DNA from: Candidatus Micrarchaeota archaeon
Lineage (GTDB): Archaea; Micrarchaeota; Micrarchaeia; Micrarchaeales; CABMGC01
Direction: 5' to 3'
NCBI GenBank assembly: GCA_021850625.1
Contig: JAJZLJ010000027.1
Span: forward strand, 23,389-87,388
DNA length: 64,000 nucleotides
This document shows, piece after piece, positions 37,067 to 46,223 of this stretch. A program made the translations under genes and the position numbers. The first letter of the stretch is position 1. The number at the start of each line of letters is the position of its first letter. The notes below the pieces were generated by a model. That model made no database searches, was not told where the DNA came from, and saw nothing but the letters and a program-made list of their open reading frames with translations.

Positions 37067-38425
37067 TTAACCAGAACATTCTAAAAATAGGTTACTAGCC
37101 TCTAACTGTAATAAATTGCAAGAAGTAGTTATGCCAGATAAAGGATTTATACCAGTATTAGTAGTTGTTATGGTTGCTTGACCAGCTGCGTTTATTGTTG
37201 ATACTAAATTACTAGTGCTTTCTGCAGTAACTCCGAAGGTCCAATAAGAAGGAAAATTCACCATATTTTCATTACCATTACTATCATATTTTAAACCCAG
37301 TTGTGCATTGAAACTACTAAAAGCAGTTATTTGAGAATAAGTAGCTCCGCCAATCTCAAGTTCTGCAGAATATGGAAAATTTAGGCTAGATGGTACTATT
37401 TCAGATGGTAGTTCTGGTGAAATAACAATAGCTGCATTAGTAGAACCCGGAGGAAGAAGAACCGTGTCGTATATAACATCTTTTTGATTATTAAGATTAT
37501 TACAGTTGTTTCCTAACAAAAGGCAGTCTACAGGATCAATATTTCCATTTTTGTTTATTGCATATTGAAAAATTATCCCAGTTGTTGCGCTACTCCCAGT
37601 ACCTATAGAATCTATCTTTATTCCTAAAACACCATTAAAAGGCAGGTTATAATAGGCAGGTTGGAGACATTTATAATAGAACATTACACCATCATAAGAA
37701 CCTAAATTACCATTATCACCTGAAAAAATTCCTGTTACGGGATTAAGGTTAATATTTGCAGTATTAGAATCAGTATTCCATATATTATTACAAACGAAAA
37801 ACTTATTAGTGGTTGTAGAAAAAGTTACTGTATTTTGAAGCCAGTAAGAATGTGGATTCCCACCATAATCAAAAACTAATCGAGCATTAAGTTGCATACC
37901 TGAATCCCAATAAGGATTTGAGATTACATTGCCTTGTGCCGTTTCTACAGAACTTACTTGCATTGAGGTTATATCAAAATTACCATTAACCTGATCGGTA
38001 TTAATAATATAGCCAACCGGATTATTATTAATAATATTATTTATGCCAAAACTGGATATACCGACCGATATTACATTTTTATTAAACAGACCAGATAAAA
38101 AATAAAAGGCATTTTCTATAGGACCAGTGTAAGATGTTGGAGTGCTGAAAGGTGTTGGAATGTTAAAATTTGTGATGCTGCTATTGTTTGTATTTTTAAT
38201 TAATGAAGTGTTTGTTTTGTTTAATACTGAATAATTAGGCGTATTTTTCACAGGAGTATTGTTGAAAGTATTAGTAGTGTTAGTAAAAATAAAGTTATGA
38301 GAAAAAGTTATTTGTTGTGAAGATGAAATTGCTAGTGCAATTATAAATAAACTTATGACAAAAATAGAGAAGAATATTACCGGAATTCGTAATGTTATTA
38401 ACATCGATTTTAAGTTAGTCGCCAT
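37067..38425 (-). CDS. Secreted protein, tentatively thermopsin-like (peptidase A5 family)
   Basis: A signal anchor is followed by GISSFGINN...MQLNARLVF...HSYWLQNTVTF...NNIWN. This resembles my recollection of thermopsin-family signatures. Confidence 0.4.
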   Translation of the reverse strand: MATNLKSMLITLRIPVIFFSIFVISLFIIALAISSSQQITFSHNFIFTNTTNTFNNTPVKNTPNYSVLNKTNTSLIKNTNNSSITNFNIPTPFSTPTSYTGPIENAFYFLSGLFNKNVISVGISSFGINNIINNNPVGYIINTDQVNGNFDITSMQVSSVETAQGNVISNPYWDSGMQLNARLVFDYGGNPHSYWLQNTVTFSTTTNKFFVCNNIWNTDSNTANINLNPVTGIFSGDNGNLGSYDGVMFYYKCLQPAYYNLPFNGVLGIKIDSIGTGSSATTGIIFQYAINKNGNIDPVDCLLLGNNCNNLNNQKDVIYDTVLLPPGSTNAAIVISPELPSEIVPSSLNFPYSAELEIGGATYSQITAFSSFNAQLGLKYDSNGNENMVNFPSYWTFGVTAESTSNLVSTINAAGQATITTTNTGINPLSGITTSCNLLQLEASNLFLECSG

Positions 38426-38527
38426 TTTAACAATATTATATATTTAATTAAATTTAAAAGGATATTGGTAATTATAGATTTGCCTAATAAAGAAAGATAT
38501 TAATTGGTTTACAGTTAATATTTATCC

Positions 38528-39052
38528 ATGCACAAAAATAAGACACATAACAAGCAATTACAAACAAGTCATAATTATGAAGGATATGATTCCTTTGGTG
38601 CTGTTTTTAGAAAAACCACAGATATAATTGTAAATGGAATAGCCTTGCCAGTAGGTATAGCTGGAAGTTGCCTTGATGTTTATGCAAGAGTTGCACAGGG
38701 AGTTAAAGGATTTACTTACTTTGATGCTTTGACTATTGGTTTTCTTAGTATTCCGATGGTTAAAAAAACCTTTGATATTTCAATAGATAATCTTAAGGAA
38801 AGTATTACATTTAAAGATAAAACACTTAGAAAAGTTTCTTATGCAGGGATATATTCTAGTACTACGTACGCAATTTTTACTGGAATTGCAGCGTATAGTG
38901 TTCTAAGTCAAAAAATAAGTGTAGATGTATTTAGTAAAATGCCTTCTGATAGTAGAACGCTTTTCATTTTGGGAATTGGAGCTGCATGCGTAGGATTTGG
39001 AGCAGCAATTAGAGGAAAAACAAAGAAAATTGAAGGTTATAAGCGTATTTAA
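38528..39052 (+). CDS. Membrane protein, unknown function
   Basis: The 174-aa ORF has about 4 hydrophobic segments. Confidence 0.4.
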   Translation: MHKNKTHNKQLQTSHNYEGYDSFGAVFRKTTDIIVNGIALPVGIAGSCLDVYARVAQGVKGFTYFDALTIGFLSIPMVKKTFDISIDNLKESITFKDKTLRKVSYAGIYSSTTYAIFTGIAAYSVLSQKISVDVFSKMPSDSRTLFILGIGAACVGFGAAIRGKTKKIEGYKRI

Positions 39053-39115
39053 TAATATATTTCAATGATAGATAATATGTATTAGTATATAATAATTAAC
39101 AATTAAGGTAATTTT

Positions 39116-39508
39116 TTGGATATTAAGAATTTATCAGTGAATGATATTATAAAAAAACTCTATGAATCTGTGAAAAGTTTTGCTAAAGGAATGGAAAGTG
39201 TAGTTGGAATGAATGATAAGGTAGGTAGAGGTGAGATTAATGAACTCAAGAGCCATCTTACTGAAAAACTCAATAAAGGAGATGAAGTAACAGATAATTC
39301 AAAGCTCATACAACTACTTGATATACTTTCAAAGGATCAGAGTATAATGCATGTAATAAAAGATGATGCAGAGGACTGGCTTGAGATGCTTGAAGCGATT
39401 GAGAATAATATTAAAAATAAAGGAGAGTTAAATATGCAGGAAAAGAAAGAGGTTAAACAGATAAATAAGATGACCTCTTCAATAAAGGACTTTTTAAGAA
39501 AGGATTAA
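39116..39508 (+). CDS. Hypothetical helical acidic protein
   Basis: The 130-aa ORF has a TTG start and no recognised motif. Confidence 0.35.
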   Translation: MDIKNLSVNDIIKKLYESVKSFAKGMESVVGMNDKVGRGEINELKSHLTEKLNKGDEVTDNSKLIQLLDILSKDQSIMHVIKDDAEDWLEMLEAIENNIKNKGELNMQEKKEVKQINKMTSSIKDFLRKD

Positions 39509-39528
39509 ACATTTGTAATTGATGCGTT

Positions 39529-39885
39529 ATGGAAGAGATAAAACAGGCGATATTAGTAAGAAAGGATATAGATATGGGTAAAGGAAAGACAGCTGCACAG
39601 GTAGCGCATGCCTCGCTTATGTCATATCTTAATGCTGAAAAGAAAGATAAAAAGATAGCAGAAGAATGGCTAAAAACAGGTGAAAAAAAGATAGTTCTCA
39701 AAGTTGACGATGATAAGGTACTTAAAAAACTCTTTGAAGCGTTTAAATACAAGGAAATTCCATGTGCACTGGTTAGTGATGCGGGTTTTACTCAACTCCC
39801 TCCAGGAACAGTTACTGCGTTAGGAGTAGGACCGTGGAAAGGCAAAGATATAGATAATTTTACTTCAGGATTTAAACTTTTGTAA
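39529..39885 (+). CDS. pth2: Peptidyl-tRNA hydrolase, archaeal type (Pth2)
   Basis: LVRKDIDMGKGKTAAQVAHAS...KIVLKV...DAGFTQLPPGTVTALGVGP is Pth2-like. Confidence 0.85.
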   Translation: MEEIKQAILVRKDIDMGKGKTAAQVAHASLMSYLNAEKKDKKIAEEWLKTGEKKIVLKVDDDKVLKKLFEAFKYKEIPCALVSDAGFTQLPPGTVTALGVGPWKGKDIDNFTSGFKLL

Positions 39886-39960
39886 AATAGAATATTCTTG
39901 AAGTTTATGCTCATCTAAGAGAATTATATTTTTATTTATAAACCACACTAACAGAGATTA

Positions 39961-40236
39961 TTAACGTCTGATGCAGTGGAAGTCATCCCTATCGTAGCAA
40001 CGTGGCTGTATGTAAACATGTGGAGGATACAAAAGATAAACTGGCGGAGATACGAAGCGTGGAGAAGGCACTGGCTGTACAATAATTGGTGATGGCGAGA
40101 CATTTGCACTACAACCGCTTAATGCACCAATACCAACTACTAAACTAGCAGCTGCTGTTTTTCTAAAAAGTTTTATAAATGATGAACTTTTTTGCGAATC
40201 TGATTTTTGTATTTGTTTTTCCATTTTTATCCCCAA
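39961..40236 (-). CDS. Small Pro-rich putative lipoprotein
   Basis: A signal with the lipobox-like sequence GALSGCS is followed by a Pro/Val-rich segment with two Cys. Confidence 0.4.
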   Translation of the reverse strand: MGIKMEKQIQKSDSQKSSSFIKLFRKTAAASLVVGIGALSGCSANVSPSPIIVQPVPSPRFVSPPVYLLYPPHVYIQPRCYDRDDFHCIRR

Positions 40237-40295
40237 ACTTTGTATAACGTGTATATTTTTACATTTATATATTTATCTTTTTAATGTACTTCATG

Positions 40296-40350
40296 TACAC
40301 ACCATTTCATCGTTTACACCTATGGAAGTTCTAGCGCAGGTTGTTAAAAA
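40296..40350. repeat. Copy D (partly rearranged) of the recurring intergenic element
   Basis: The sequence is ACTTCATGTACACACCATTTCATCGTTTACACCTATGGAAGTTCTAGCGCAGGTTGTTAAAAA. It shares CACACCAT and GTTGTTAAA with copies A and B. The TGTAAACGATG core is inverted relative to copy C. Confidence 0.4.
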
Positions 40351-40423
40351 GTTATTTGTAGAAAAAGCATCGTGTTTTATAATAGATGTTATATAATTAT
40401 ATGTAAATATTTTGAGTGATGTA

Positions 40424-40786
40424 ATGGCAACACAAAACCCAGCGGATATAGAAAACGTTGAAAAGCTGCTTAAGGATTATCAGATCATGCAAGAACAGCT
40501 AAGAAACGTAGCCATGCAACTTGAACAGATGCAGGCTCAGAAAATAGAGATGGAACGTGCTAAGGAAGAGCTTGAAAAGGCTAACGGAAAGGTCTATAGA
40601 AGTGTAGGCAATGTCATAATTGAAAGCTCTAAAGAAAAAGCGCTTTTAGATGTGACTGACAAACACTCGCTTACAAGCGCAAGAATTCAGTCCCTAAACA
40701 AGCAGTTTAATGATATGAAGACTAAGGAGAAACAACTAAACGAAAAGCTTACCCAGATATATAAAGGTGGGCAGGGACAACAGTGA
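40424..40786 (+). CDS. pfdB: Prefoldin beta subunit
   Basis: Two coiled coils flank the hairpin VYRSVGNVIIESSKE. ATG 40424 is preferred over TTG 40412. Confidence 0.8.
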   Translation: MATQNPADIENVEKLLKDYQIMQEQLRNVAMQLEQMQAQKIEMERAKEELEKANGKVYRSVGNVIIESSKEKALLDVTDKHSLTSARIQSLNKQFNDMKTKEKQLNEKLTQIYKGGQGQQ

Positions 40787-41775
40787 GAAAGTTCTCGGAT
40801 ATAAACGAGGCAATTTCTTTTGTAAAAAGTAGAATAAATAAACGAACATGGATTATATTTCATAGCATAGGGGATAGAGATTGTGTTGGCTCAGCTATAG
40901 CAATGAAAAATCTCTTCGTAGAAGCGCAGATAAGCACGCCTGATTTTATAACTAATAACTCACGCAAGATGCTTGAACATATAGGGATTGAAAAAGAGAT
41001 AAAAACAAGTATTATGAATAATCCAGAACTAGTGATTGTAGTAGATGCGAATAGATTTGAGCTTTTAGGTAGATTTGGGGATAAGATAAAAAATATGGAT
41101 TGTGAGCTTTTGTTTATAGATCACCATGAATTTCCATCAAAGCCCAAGTATACAAAAAATACATATATATTAAATGATGAGCAGTATAACTCTGCCTCAA
41201 GTATAGTTTATGATATAATTAAAGGAGTAGAGGGTACCTTAAAAAAGAACACTGCACTTGTTCTTATTAATGGAATAGTCGCAGACAGCGCTAATTTCCA
41301 GAATGCAGATTCTAGAACCTTTATGCAAATATCAGAGTTGCTTGAGATCTCTAAAACAGATTACCATGACACAATAAGCATGCATCAAAGCGCTTCTACA
41401 ACAACTAGAAAAAATATAATAGAGGATATTTTTAAAGCAGATATTAAACAGGTAGGACAGTATATTATTATTTCAGGTTTAGCCCAATATCACGCAAATC
41501 TTGACGCAGAGGCTGCATTAGATTTAGGAGCAGATGCAGCCGTGTTTTGGTCTGTACGCGATAATGAAGCTTCCATCTCTGCACGATTAAGAACTCCTCT
41601 TGATAAGAAGTTAAATATGCATTTAGGTAAAATTATGGATGTTGCTGGAGAAATGCTTGATGGAACTGGAGGAGGACATCCGTGCGCTGCTGGAGCGTAT
41701 GGTAGAAAAAAATCAGCTATAAAAGAAACTGCAGAGTATGTTATTAATAATATTGCAGATTTTTTCAGTAGCTAA
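40783..41775 (+). CDS. DHH/DHHA1 phosphoesterase (NrnA-like or RecJ-like)
   Basis: DHH-family motifs are DRDCVGSA, VVDAN, IDHHE and ADSANF. The DHHA1 motif GGGHPCAAG is also present. Confidence 0.75.
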   Translation: MRKFSDINEAISFVKSRINKRTWIIFHSIGDRDCVGSAIAMKNLFVEAQISTPDFITNNSRKMLEHIGIEKEIKTSIMNNPELVIVVDANRFELLGRFGDKIKNMDCELLFIDHHEFPSKPKYTKNTYILNDEQYNSASSIVYDIIKGVEGTLKKNTALVLINGIVADSANFQNADSRTFMQISELLEISKTDYHDTISMHQSASTTTRKNIIEDIFKADIKQVGQYIIISGLAQYHANLDAEAALDLGADAAVFWSVRDNEASISARLRTPLDKKLNMHLGKIMDVAGEMLDGTGGGHPCAAGAYGRKKSAIKETAEYVINNIADFFSS

Positions 41776-41824
41776 TTTTATACAAGTATTTTTATTTGTT
41801 AATGAATATATATTAGGCACATAA

Positions 41825-41899
41825 GGGTCCGTAACTCAGCATGGCTAGAGTGGAAGGCTTTTAACCTTTAAGTCGTGGGTTCAAATCCCACCGGGCCCG
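41825..41899 (+). tRNA. tRNA-Lys (UUU)
   Basis: A hand-folded cloverleaf is canonical. The acceptor is GGGUCCG/CGGGCCC, the D stem ACUC/GAGU, the anticodon loop CUUUUAA and the T arm GUGGG-UUCAAAU-CCCAC. Confidence 0.9.
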
Positions 41900-42135
41900 A
41901 ATATTTATATTGATTACCTATCACTCCGATGTTAATTATTAGATATTTTCTCAGATTATGATAGTAAGATGCAAAATTAGCTTTTTGTGTATAACTCCAA
42001 AATCCAATCCAGATTATTGTATCTACAGATTATCTTATCTACAATATTACTTCTCTATCTAAAATAAGTTTCTTTGTAGTTTGGCTTATTTGTATATATT
42101 GTAAGGACTTAGGGTTATTTTGCTTGTTATTATAA

Positions 42136-44268
42136 TTACTTCTCGGTATCCTGCAATAATTTTATAGTGTCGTTTTTTAAGGTTTCCAAAGAAGTAGAGT
42201 TATTTTTATTGCTATGGAGAGAAATTGTTGTAAAGTAAACACCATAAGGTCCAAAAACATTAACGACTGAATTACCGGATAATGTTTGATTATTTGATAT
42301 GGTATAGGCATAATCAGTATTAAGTGCACCAAAACTGGTTATTTGATGTGTCAGATAATATCTTGTAGTAGAACTGTAATAGGAATTAGCAACGTTAGAG
42401 TTGTTCATAGTATTTATAATTACAGAGACATTATATCCCAAATTAGAGGTATAATTCTCCATTACAGCATTTATTATTCCATTATTTGTTTTACTTATGT
42501 TTGTTTGAGAAAGTGAATTCCATGCTCCTCCGAATAATCCTTCAAGCTCCTGTGTTGTCGGATATACTGGCTTGTTGGTTTTGTTAATAATCATTGAGGA
42601 AGTAATATTTTTGTATACATATTCTAAAACAGATTTTAATGGTATTTGATAAGAATATAATGCATTTGTATTATTAGAACTTGAATTTTTGGACAACGAA
42701 AGCTCTATTAGATAATTACCTACCGGACTTATATATCCAAGGAAATTTTTAGATGCTAATGTAATAGTAGTTACGCTTAAATTTGAGTATGCAGAGCCAT
42801 TGTAAAGTGCTCCTACACTTATATTTAGAGGATTTGCTCCAAACAATACGTTTGCGCCGACATTATATGAGTTGCTTGTTGCTGTGAAATTATCTTGCTT
42901 TGCTATCTCCAAAACTAAACTTTGATTTTGTGAATTACTGAAATTTTCGATTATAATCCACTTTGAAGTAAGAGGTATATTATAGGTTAAATTATAAGTA
43001 TTTAAAAATTTCCAGTTATTTCCCAATGTAGTATTTAAAGTGTTTGTGGTTAAGAATAATTGCTTGTTTAGATTTACAGGAGGTTTTGTCAAATTGTAAA
43101 GTTTAGATTGATTTGCAAGCGTTGTGGTGCTGTTAAGTGTAAGTGATTGTGCGTTTTCCATATTATTTAAAAGATTTATTAAGCCTGGAGATACTATATT
43201 TTGATTAATTAAAGTATTGCTATTGAGAGATATTTTTTCTTCTAAAATATAATTTCCAAATACGCTTTCTGCCAATATTATTGGCTTGTTATTATTTCCG
43301 TATAATTTACCACTAGCAAGTAAAACAATATGGCCATTTGAAAGTACACCGTTGATGACGTTAATTCCTGTTATAGTCGTAAGAGAATTTAATGCATTAT
43401 TGAATGTATTTGTAGCATTTATTGGAGATTTGAATAACTCTGAGATAAAGGATAATGAATAATTTGATGGGCCGGTGAAATTTTCTATATTTATGGCAGT
43501 GTTATTTATTATATTCGAAGATGAAGAAGAGGAATTGGCTATTGTCCAATTTCCACCGAATATATTTTTTACCTTATTAATAGTAATATGTGATGGAGTA
43601 AGTGTTGTAAGATTTTTTGGCATGTATTCCATATTGTTTAACATTTCTATAAGTTTAGACTTTGAGGTTTTTAATGAGGTAGAGGAAGAACTAGCCGAGT
43701 ATAACTGAAGACTTATTATATATTTGGAGTACTGGCCTAGTCCCAAGGTCAATGTTTCAGGAGTTGTAGAACCTATAGTTCCACCGAAAATTCCATAAGC
43801 ATACTGCGAATTAGATGCACCAAATGAAGCAGAAATGTTTGGTGTTAATCTTATAGAAGACATCTCTGAATCGAAGGTATTGCTTGAATTTTCAGTATTA
43901 TTGAATGAAACTATAAATACTGCAAGGTTATAGCCCGTTTTATTAGTAAAATTGTAAATAGTAACTTTATTAATCCCATTCGAAAAATTAGAGGAGGCTA
44001 TATTTTGATTTAAAAATGACCAATTGCCGCCAAGAAGATTGTCTAGATATGATGTGCCCAATATTGTTATGTTGGTGCCTTCTATAGTAGTATTTTTAAA
44101 GTTATAATTTCCTGCGTTGTAATTAACTGTTGTAAACAAAGAGTTTGACAATACAGAGGTGGGGGAGGAATTTTGAGTTGTATTTGGAGGGTATATAATT
44201 AATATTCCAGCTACAATGATGCCAATTATTATTATTCCAATTAACAGTATAATTTTATTAGATAACAT
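42136..44268 (-). CDS. 710-aa N-anchored, Asn-rich surface protein built of four modules of about 170 aa
   Basis: An N-terminal TM segment is followed by four recurrences of GG(N/A)W...N...I(I/M)ENFT/ENYT...N(Y)(S/N)L. N-x-S/T sequons are very dense. Confidence 0.55.
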   Translation of the reverse strand: MLSNKIILLIGIIIIGIIVAGILIIYPPNTTQNSSPTSVLSNSLFTTVNYNAGNYNFKNTTIEGTNITILGTSYLDNLLGGNWSFLNQNIASSNFSNGINKVTIYNFTNKTGYNLAVFIVSFNNTENSSNTFDSEMSSIRLTPNISASFGASNSQYAYGIFGGTIGSTTPETLTLGLGQYSKYIISLQLYSASSSSTSLKTSKSKLIEMLNNMEYMPKNLTTLTPSHITINKVKNIFGGNWTIANSSSSSSNIINNTAINIENFTGPSNYSLSFISELFKSPINATNTFNNALNSLTTITGINVINGVLSNGHIVLLASGKLYGNNNKPIILAESVFGNYILEEKISLNSNTLINQNIVSPGLINLLNNMENAQSLTLNSTTTLANQSKLYNLTKPPVNLNKQLFLTTNTLNTTLGNNWKFLNTYNLTYNIPLTSKWIIIENFSNSQNQSLVLEIAKQDNFTATSNSYNVGANVLFGANPLNISVGALYNGSAYSNLSVTTITLASKNFLGYISPVGNYLIELSLSKNSSSNNTNALYSYQIPLKSVLEYVYKNITSSMIINKTNKPVYPTTQELEGLFGGAWNSLSQTNISKTNNGIINAVMENYTSNLGYNVSVIINTMNNSNVANSYYSSTTRYYLTHQITSFGALNTDYAYTISNNQTLSGNSVVNVFGPYGVYFTTISLHSNKNNSTSLETLKNDTIKLLQDTEK

Positions 44269-44376
44269 AGATAGGTTTACTTTAGAAAAATTATTAAAGA
44301 TTTCTATACGATTCGTTTGCGAATAATATTATTTACAAAAGATAATAGTAGAAAAAGCTTAAATCTATTGAGTTGA

Positions 44377-44385
44377 ATATATATA
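44377..44385 (+). promoter_or_regulatory. TATA-like box upstream of lysS
   Basis: ATATATATA lies 17-25 nt upstream of the ATG at 44402. Confidence 0.3.
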
Positions 44386-44401
44386 GAATTATGTTGGTGT
44401 T

Positions 44402-45844
44402 ATGGTAGATGAATTTAAGAAAGAAAAACTTAAGAAATTTTTAGAAATGAAGATTAATCCTTATCCATATACATATAAAAAAAATAATACCTCTGCGCAG
44501 ATAATAAAAAGCTTCGACACGTTTAATGGAAAGATGACTAGTGTTGCAGGGAGAATTATTAATATAAGAAAAATGGGAGGCATATACTTCATAGATCTTC
44601 AAGACTATGATGGAAAAATACAAATTGTAGTTAAAAAAGATACAATCTCTGAAAATACGCGAGAAGTTGTAGAGCTTTGCGATATTGCCGACATAATTGG
44701 AGTGGAAGGAAAAGTAATAAAGACTTCTAGAGGAGAGATAAGCATAGCCCTTGAAAATATAGAGATGCTTTCAAAATCCCTTAGGACACTTCCAGAAAAG
44801 TTTCATGGATTAAAAGATGTAGAACAGAGATACAGAAAAAGACATCTTGATTTTATAGTAAATCCCGAGATAAAAAGAAATTTCATAATAAGAGCAAAAG
44901 TTTTGAAGTACGTAAGAGATTTCTTAGATAACAGAGGATATATTGAGTTTGAAACGCCTGTTTTACAAGAGGTATATGGCGGGGCTAATGCAAAGCCATT
45001 TATTACAAAGCATAATGCTCTTGATGAACAGAGGTTTTTAAGAATCTCTGATGAATTGTATCTGAAAAGACTTGTTATAGGAGGTTTTGAAAAGGTTTAT
45101 GAGGTCTCTAAAGATTTTAGAAATGAGGATATAGATTCTACACATAATCCAGAGTTTACACAGATTGAGTGCTACGAAGCTTATAAGGATTATGAAGAGT
45201 ATATGAAAATGACTGAGGAGCTTCTTAGTGGCATGGTAAAGATGCTTTTTGATACGTATAAGATAAAATATCAAGATAAAGAGATAGACTTTACGCCGCC
45301 TTTTAAGAGAGTATATTGGGTTGATGAAATAAAGCAAAAAACAGGAATAGATATAGCTACGCTTACTGATAAAGAGGCAGAAAAAATAGCGGAAAAAGAA
45401 AAATTAGATATAAGCATAAAAAACAGTTTTCATGTTGCAGATGCGTTATTTGACAAGTATATAAAACAGGAGTTGAACAATCCATCCTTTGTAGTTGATT
45501 TCCCTGCATATATGTGCCCGCTTACAAAAGATAAAAGGGGTAATTCGCTTTTGAGCGAAAGATTTGAGCTTTATCTGGCACGCATGGAAATAGCAAACTG
45601 CTACTCCGAACTAACAGATCCAATTGAGCAAAGAAAGAAATTTGAGGAGCAGGAGCTAGAAAGAAAAAAAGGGGATGATGAGGCTCCTCCATCTGACGAA
45701 GAGTTTCTTCAGGCAATAGAGTATGGAATGCCGCCTACAGCAGGGCTTGGAATATCTATAGATAGAACAACTATGGTACTTACAGATAATATCTCAATAA
45801 AGGAGGTACTGGCTTTTCCAGCCATGAGAAAGGAAAATAAATGA
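44402..45844 (+). CDS. lysS: Lysyl-tRNA synthetase, class II
   Basis: An OB anticodon-binding domain is present. Class II motifs are FRNEDIDSTHNPEFTQIECYEAY and GLGISIDRTTMVL. Confidence 0.9.
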   Translation: MVDEFKKEKLKKFLEMKINPYPYTYKKNNTSAQIIKSFDTFNGKMTSVAGRIINIRKMGGIYFIDLQDYDGKIQIVVKKDTISENTREVVELCDIADIIGVEGKVIKTSRGEISIALENIEMLSKSLRTLPEKFHGLKDVEQRYRKRHLDFIVNPEIKRNFIIRAKVLKYVRDFLDNRGYIEFETPVLQEVYGGANAKPFITKHNALDEQRFLRISDELYLKRLVIGGFEKVYEVSKDFRNEDIDSTHNPEFTQIECYEAYKDYEEYMKMTEELLSGMVKMLFDTYKIKYQDKEIDFTPPFKRVYWVDEIKQKTGIDIATLTDKEAEKIAEKEKLDISIKNSFHVADALFDKYIKQELNNPSFVVDFPAYMCPLTKDKRGNSLLSERFELYLARMEIANCYSELTDPIEQRKKFEEQELERKKGDDEAPPSDEEFLQAIEYGMPPTAGLGISIDRTTMVLTDNISIKEVLAFPAMRKENK

Positions 45845-46042
45845 ATATGTAAAAACCAGGGGAAGATAGTTTATAGCATCTTTTTTACTGAAAGTTTACT
45901 TAAAGAATAGGTAGTTAGTTTTAGTTGTATATATTTGATGTGTTATTAAATATGCGGGTTAAAAAGCAAGTTTTAAATACTAATATGGATAAAGTATTAG
46001 CTAATAAGTTTTAAGCTTTACTGTATATATTATAAGGAAAAT

Positions 46043-46175
46043 GCCAGGGTGGCAGAATCCGGTAACGCGTACGCCTGGAAATTGAACCTGTCAGCGTATG
46101 GCTCTCGAGCCATCTGGGTTCAAAATAAAGCTTTTTGATTAATCAAAAGGCGTTATGGAAATCCCAGCCCTGGCG
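46043..46175 (+). tRNA. tRNA-Ser (GGA) with two introns (46081-46092 at position 37/38; 46125-46161 at 59/60 in the T loop)
   Basis: The acceptor is GCCAGGG/CCCUGGC. After splicing, the D loop is GAAUCCGGUAA and the anticodon arm is UACGC-CUGGAAA-GCGUA. The long variable arm is UGGCUCUCGAGCCAU and the T arm is CUGGG-UUCAAAU-CCCAG. Both introns sit in BHB motifs. A T5 tract follows the gene. Confidence 0.75.
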
Positions 46176-46223
46176 TTTTTAAGCTTAATAGATGTATATT
46201 TATATAATATAACTGGTGCATAA

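Noticed and set aside
46071-46153. An alternative fold of the tRNA-Ser locus, with ACGCC (46071-75) pairing to GGCGU (46149-53) and one intron of about 67 nt.
   Set aside because: It would put G at position 33 and leave no T arm or variable arm. The two-intron model gives a complete class II cloverleaf, and both splice sites fall in BHB bulges.
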